Shown piece after piece: positions 57,685-64,000 of a stretch of DNA of 64,000 nucleotides. The translations under genes and the position numbers were made by a program. The stretch is from an uncultured cyanobacterium (GTDB lineage: Bacteria; Cyanobacteriota; Cyanobacteriia; PCC-6307; Cyanobiaceae), in NCBI GenBank assembly GCA_963765575.1, contig CAVXWZ010000011.1:384001-448000 (forward strand), given 5' to 3'. The notes under the pieces were generated by a model. It was not told the origin of the DNA, searched no databases, and worked only from the letters and a program-made list of their open reading frames with translations. Within the stretch, counting starts at the first letter, position 1. Each line of letters starts with the position of its first letter.

Positions 57685-58328
57685 GGGCAGAAACGGGCCA
57701 TCGGCGGCACCACGCGGGCCACGCGCACCGGGGCGTTTGGATCTGCCGCGTTGCTGTCGGTGTAGGTGACCTGGAGGATGTTCTGGTTGCCGGGCTGATT
57801 CTGCACTGTGTTGAGCCGCACGATGGGCTGGCGCACCCCGCCGGCCGCCGTGATGCCGGCGTCCACGGGCAGAGCGTTGAACTGAGCCAGCACGCCGGCG
57901 CTGATGATGCCGGCATTGGGTTCTGGCAGAGGGCATCGACTAACTGCGGCTTCGCTCCCGGCGGCAGCGGGGTCGGTGTCGAGCTGCGGATAGAAGTAGC
58001 GATCGTCGCGGCGATTGGTGGTGGCGCAAGGTGAGGTGGGGCCTGTGGCGTGATGCCTGCGGGGATCCAGGTGCAGGCGCCGCTGCAGCAGGTGAGCCGG
58101 GTGGCGAGGTCTTGAATCTCGGCGAGATCGGCATCGATGGCTGTGCTGAGCTGGTTGCGCTGGCCGGCCCGCTGGCGCTGCTGGGTGGCGATGTTGATCA
58201 CGCCGATGGTGCCCAGCAGGGCGACAGTGACGACCACGCTCACCACCAGCGCCTCGATCAACAGGGCGCCCTGCTCAGCGTGCGGGCACCCGGAAGGAGA
58301 CGGCAGCGGGCGGCGGGGGGCGTCTCAC
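57681..58328 (-). CDS. Type IV minor pilin (PilV-like), frameshifted
   Basis: EQG/ALLIEALVV motif; ends VVPPMARFCP; start inferred from GTGA overlap. Confidence 0.7.
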
Positions 58329-59409
58329 CACAGGCGCGTGTTGGTGGTGGAGCGGGCGACCCAGTCGATGCCGTTCCAGGGCACGAACTGGGCGGGGTTG
58401 GCCTCACCCAATGCGCCCCCGGTGACCCGGGAATCGGGCACGCGCAGGTGGAAGGCACCATAGGGCTTGAAATTCTTCACCCAGATTCGGCCGAAGAAGC
58501 TCCAGTTGTCTTCATTGTCGTCGTAGAAGCCATCAGGAATGGCACTGGCGCCATCGCCGGTGATGGTGAGTTCTACCCAGCCTTGGGGCAGGTAGAACCA
58601 GACGCCGCCGATTCTGGCATTGGAGCCGAAGGTGGTGGTGATCAGCACGTTCTGTTCCTGACCGGCAGTGCCGGTGTCGCGGCCGAAGAAATTCAGACGA
58701 TCGGGTTCTCCGACGGGGGAGAAGTCATAGTTTTCATCGTCGATCAACTCGTCGCAATCATTCTCGATCGCGGGAGCAGGCAACGTGGGCCAGATTGGCG
58801 GGATCACGCGAGAGGTAGATGAAGTTTTCAGGATTGCTGCTCACGGTGTTGGGGCCGAAGCGAAGATCGGTGGTGGCCGGTTCGGTGTAGAACAGGCTCA
58901 GCGGTCCGCCGCTGGTGTCGATGAACAAATCGCCGCCGTCAAACTGGTTGATGGTGGGGCCGACACAGTGGAAGCCGGCATCGAGCGTGATCGGGGAACT
59001 GCTGGTGAATTCGCACCAGGCTCCACGGAAAGCTGTATCGACCGGTCGGCCATTGGTGTTGTTTGAGCCTGCATCGCGGGCGAGGGTGGGGCGCCCTGAT
59101 TCGATCAGGACATCGTCAATGTCAATGCGTTCGCTAGCATTCAAGGGATCCTGCATTGAATCTGATCGCGAAGGTGGTGCTTGTGAAGGGAAGCGCCAGA
59201 TTGATGAATTGATTGGCAGTTCCGAAATATCGTCGCGGAAAATTCTCTTGAAGAGCCTGCAAGTGGATGGTGTCGGTGGCATCAGTGCAGGCCTCAACGT
59301 CCAAGTAATCTCCTGAGGCGAAGCTCCAGTCGTTCCGATCAGCCCGGAATGAGAGATAGGGAGTGCTCAAGCCTGATGTATCAGCTTCGCGTAGGGCTGT
59401 GGCGCCTGA

Positions 59410-60658
59410 AGGGCACCTCGAAATATGAGTGTTTCCGGCCGTTCTAGCCAGCCAAAAAGCCGCATTACTGCGGCTTGTCGGCTGATTTTGTGTACACCAT
59501 TAAGGGCAGTAAATCTTAAGGTCGAATCAGCTAGACCGATGCTCACGCCATCACTACACTATTGCTTGAACGCTGAAGATAGCGAAGGAAGTTGAATGTC
59601 AGATTTTTCAGGCCCCACCAAGCTTCGTTTCTTCCAAGGCCAATCTTTCTTGTTAGCTTGCCGCCCATTGAGGTCGTCATGCAGCCGAATACGTGTTCAA
59701 CACAAGCTCTAATCGCCGACTTGATCCGATTACGGTCTTTAGCTGCGTCACTAAGCGGGTGATTGCGTGCACCCTTTTCGTGGATCCGACTCTCAAAGCC
59801 ACCGAGACTCAGCAGATCTTCAAAGCACTCACCCGAATAAGCGGAGTCTGCCCAGACATAGTCATGTTGATTTTCTGGATCTAGGAGCTTTGGAAGCATC
59901 TGACTGTCATGGATATTGGCAGGAGTAATGGCATATCGGCGGATAAATCCATGTTCAGCATCGATGCAGATGCTGTTTTTGTAACCGTAGTGGTTGATGC
60001 CATTCTTTTTAACCCAGCGAGCATCTAAGTCCTTCTGCTGCAGGCGATGTGGGTTCTCATCCCAACCATGCGGCAAGCGACCGGCCTTAATTTCCATGTT
60101 CTCTTCTCGGCTATTGCGTTGCTTGGGAACAGGGACCAAAGTCGCATCAATGATCTGACCACCACGGGCTTCGAGGCCCTGTTCTCGGAGGAATCCCTCA
60201 AACTTCTCGAAGAGCTCTTCGATGACGCCTGCTTTGCGAAGACGTTCCCTGAAGAAAGCCACAGTTGTGGCGTCTGGAATATCGTTCATCACCCCAAGAC
60301 CTACGAACTCCTCAAAAGATCGCCTGTCATTGACCTGGAATTCAAGTTCTTCATCGCTCAGGTTGAAAAGTTGCTGGAGCACCAGCATCTTGAACAGGAT
60401 CAGCGGATCAATCCTCTTGCGACCAGCATTGCTCTTGCGCTCCTGCATGTAACCCATCTCAAGCAATGGACGGAATGATTCCCAGCGAATAGAATCCGAC
60501 AACCGCTTGAGGACCGGCTTCTTCTCCTTGAGTTTTGCGACTCTTTGCTGTTCGTCCGAAAAGCCACGCTGCCCCATTGCTGAGATGAGATCTTATGGCT
60601 TCATTCTAATCCAGAATTTTGCTCAATCAAGTGATTTGGCGATTTTTCGAGGTGCCCT
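59410..60658 (-). mobile_element. IS5-family insertion sequence
   Basis: 14-bp terminal inverted repeats AGGGCACCTCGAAA / TTTCGAGGTGCCCT; (C)TGA at both junctions as probable target duplication; lower GC. Confidence 0.93.
59543..60577 (-). CDS. IS5-family DDE transposase
   Basis: LSDEELE, PDATT, IIDATL, YGYK, ADSAY, VEHVFG. Confidence 0.95.
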   Translation of the reverse strand: MGQRGFSDEQQRVAKLKEKKPVLKRLSDSIRWESFRPLLEMGYMQERKSNAGRKRIDPLILFKMLVLQQLFNLSDEELEFQVNDRRSFEEFVGLGVMNDIPDATTVAFFRERLRKAGVIEELFEKFEGFLREQGLEARGGQIIDATLVPVPKQRNSREENMEIKAGRLPHGWDENPHRLQQKDLDARWVKKNGINHYGYKNSICIDAEHGFIRRYAITPANIHDSQMLPKLLDPENQHDYVWADSAYSGECFEDLLSLGGFESRIHEKGARNHPLSDAAKDRNRIKSAIRACVEHVFGCMTTSMGGKLTRKIGLGRNEAWWGLKNLTFNFLRYLQRSSNSVVMA

Positions 60659-62519
60659 GATTAGGCGGACACGCTGATTACCGGTGAAAGTGCTAATTTC
60701 AGTATCACCTGTGAAGATCCAGGAGTCTTCAAAATCTTCTGATCCGACATTGCCGTCATCAGTTAAAGGGCAAAAATTATCCGCGTATGAGGTGGTGAGA
60801 TCCGGTGCGGCACGGCTGGTCACATTCAGCCAGGTGTCATCGTCACAGTCGTCAGCTGTGGTGTCGTCATCGAGATCAATGATGCAGATCTCCACCCGCT
60901 CGGCACCAGCTTGGTCATTAGTGCGCAGGCGGATTGTCGTCTCGCTGTTGGCTCCGCTGGAGCTATCGCCGTTGTCGGTGCTCAACAGCGGCCAGATGGC
61001 CACGTTGTCAGTTTTGTTGTTCTCAGCTGCGGCGGCCACGATGATCAGATTCGGACCCCAGCCATTGGTCCAGGTGTAGACGAAATCATCGATATCAGGG
61101 AAGGCTGTGGCCTCCAGGGCAATGATCGGCGAGCAGGACGCCGAGGTGCCGCGGATGTCGGTGTCGGGACCGGAGAAGTAGCCAGAAGAGTTCTGCGGCT
61201 GGCGGCAAATCTGCTCGGCGGCTGTCGGTGTGCCCGCACCCGTGATGTCCGCGTTGCGGCCATTGTCGCTGCCGCGTGGATCGCCTGGCTCAAAGGTATT
61301 GGGACAGTTGCCAGAGGCTTCCTTCCCCCTGCCCGGTCGAACCCGACAGTTGGACCGCTCAAAGATGTCGTCAGAGTTGGCTACCACGCCAAGGATGGGT
61401 CCATAGCGCTCGACCGTGCCGCTGCCCTGGGCCCTCTGGGTGAACTGATCGTTCGCAAAATACGACCAGTGCCAGCCATCATTGAAGCCGGTGACCACGC
61501 CGTACTGCAGGTTGCAGAGGCGGCCGTCTGAGCCCAGCGAACCCGTGGTGCCCTGGTAATTCTCCCCACCCGATTCGTTGCTCCCCAGCGAGGCGCCGCA
61601 GCATTTCGGCAGCACCTCGAATTCCTGGGTGAGCCGTGAGTTGGCCACCACCCGGCCGCCCTGCACCACCCGGCCCTCCACCACCAGCCCGATGAAGCCG
61701 CTGTTGCGACCGGGTTGGAGCGCGCCCGTGCCGTCGGGATCGTTGAGGTTCACCAATTGATCCCAGCTGGCGAAGCCGGTGGGCAGGGCCGCGCCGGTGA
61801 CGCCACCGCCGGGCGCCGCGCTGCGGCGGAGGGCCCGGGGGTTGGGGTTGGCCCGGCCATCGGAGGCGGTGTAGTCCACCCGCACCAGACGGAACTGGCG
61901 GCCATTGGTCGTTTCGTCGGCTTCGGCCCCGGTGACCACATCGCGCCACTCGCCGTCGCCGAGGTTGATGGCCGCCTGGTCGGGCTGGCCATCGTTGGGG
62001 CCGGGACGGCTGCCGTCGGAGGTGTTGAAGCAGTCGCTGCGGAGGCTGGCGGCGGTCCAGTTGGCCGGATCGTCTCCTGACACCAGCAGGGCCCGGTTCT
62101 GGGGCTGGTTCCAGGTGTCGATCATCAGGTCGGCGCCCTCGGCGGCTGCGCCGCGGGCCTGGCGCGAATCGGAGGAGGCGAAGACGCCGCGCAGGTTGCC
62201 ACTGGTGAGCTGCACCACGGCGGCGCCACTGAGGATCAGCACCAAGGAGGCCACGATGCCGGCGGCCGCAGAGATGGCGCCCCTCTCGGCGCCGCGCCGC
62301 TGGCTGCTGGGGCGGCGGGAGGCCAGCAACCGCAGCAGAAGCTGGTTGCCCATGGAGGTATCACGGTCTGGTTCCTGTTCCACGGTAGGCCAGTTGCCGC
62401 TCTGGACACCCAAGGAGCGGCAACGTTTGGTAATGGGGGCGACTGCCTAGGATCGACCGGCGAGGCTCTGGTGAGCTTGACCAGCCCGAGTTGACCCGCA
62501 TGAGCCTGAGCAGAGCTGC

Positions 62520-64000
<1,481 letters not shown>

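Larger units (their letters stand above)
58325..62353 (-). pseudogene. Large PilX/GspK-like pilus tip protein interrupted by IS5
   Basis: N-terminal RG/AISAAAG hydrophobic helix lacking Glu5; long Asp/Gly/Cys-rich body; coding fragments resume at 59409-58325. Confidence 0.7.

Overview
GC-rich picocyanobacterial chromosome (Cyanobium/Synechococcus-like; cyanobacterial gene set and frequent GCGATCGC HIP1 sites). Layout: (1) 0.7-26 kb, a fermentation/hydrogen supercluster with an acyl-CoA synthetase (NDP-forming)-GNAT protein convergent with a Zn-dependent deacetylase, hoxEFUYH, hoxW, hypABFC, pyruvate:ferredoxin oxidoreductase, a DHODH-like flavoprotein, hypD, an antisense PhyH-type dioxygenase and hypE. 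(2) A ~3.9 kb insert between hoxH and hoxW carrying an integrase-less integron cassette array (two textbook attC sites, one long atypical attC-like hairpin, two HicAB toxin-antitoxin cassettes, a membrane-protein cassette) followed by selO/ydiU. (3) P450, methyltransferase and hydrolase genes. (4) Molybdenum cofactor and nitrate assimilation cluster (moaBDEC, moeA, narM, narB, nrtP, mobA, moaA; no nirA in the window), cyAbrB, ybjQ, KirBac, Xi-class GST and tRNA-Arg(UCU). (5) Core genes rsmI, cysQ, pnp, rpsN, nth, rseP, serS, nfu. (6) A type IV minor-pilin locus interrupted by an IS5 element, then the start of lepA. Scattered single-base frameshifts (gluQ, hoxF, selO, pnp end, pilins) look mostly like assembly indel errors. 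The most notable signals are the attC array embedded in the hydrogenase operon and the clustering of three protein-modification enzymes around Hox/PFOR.
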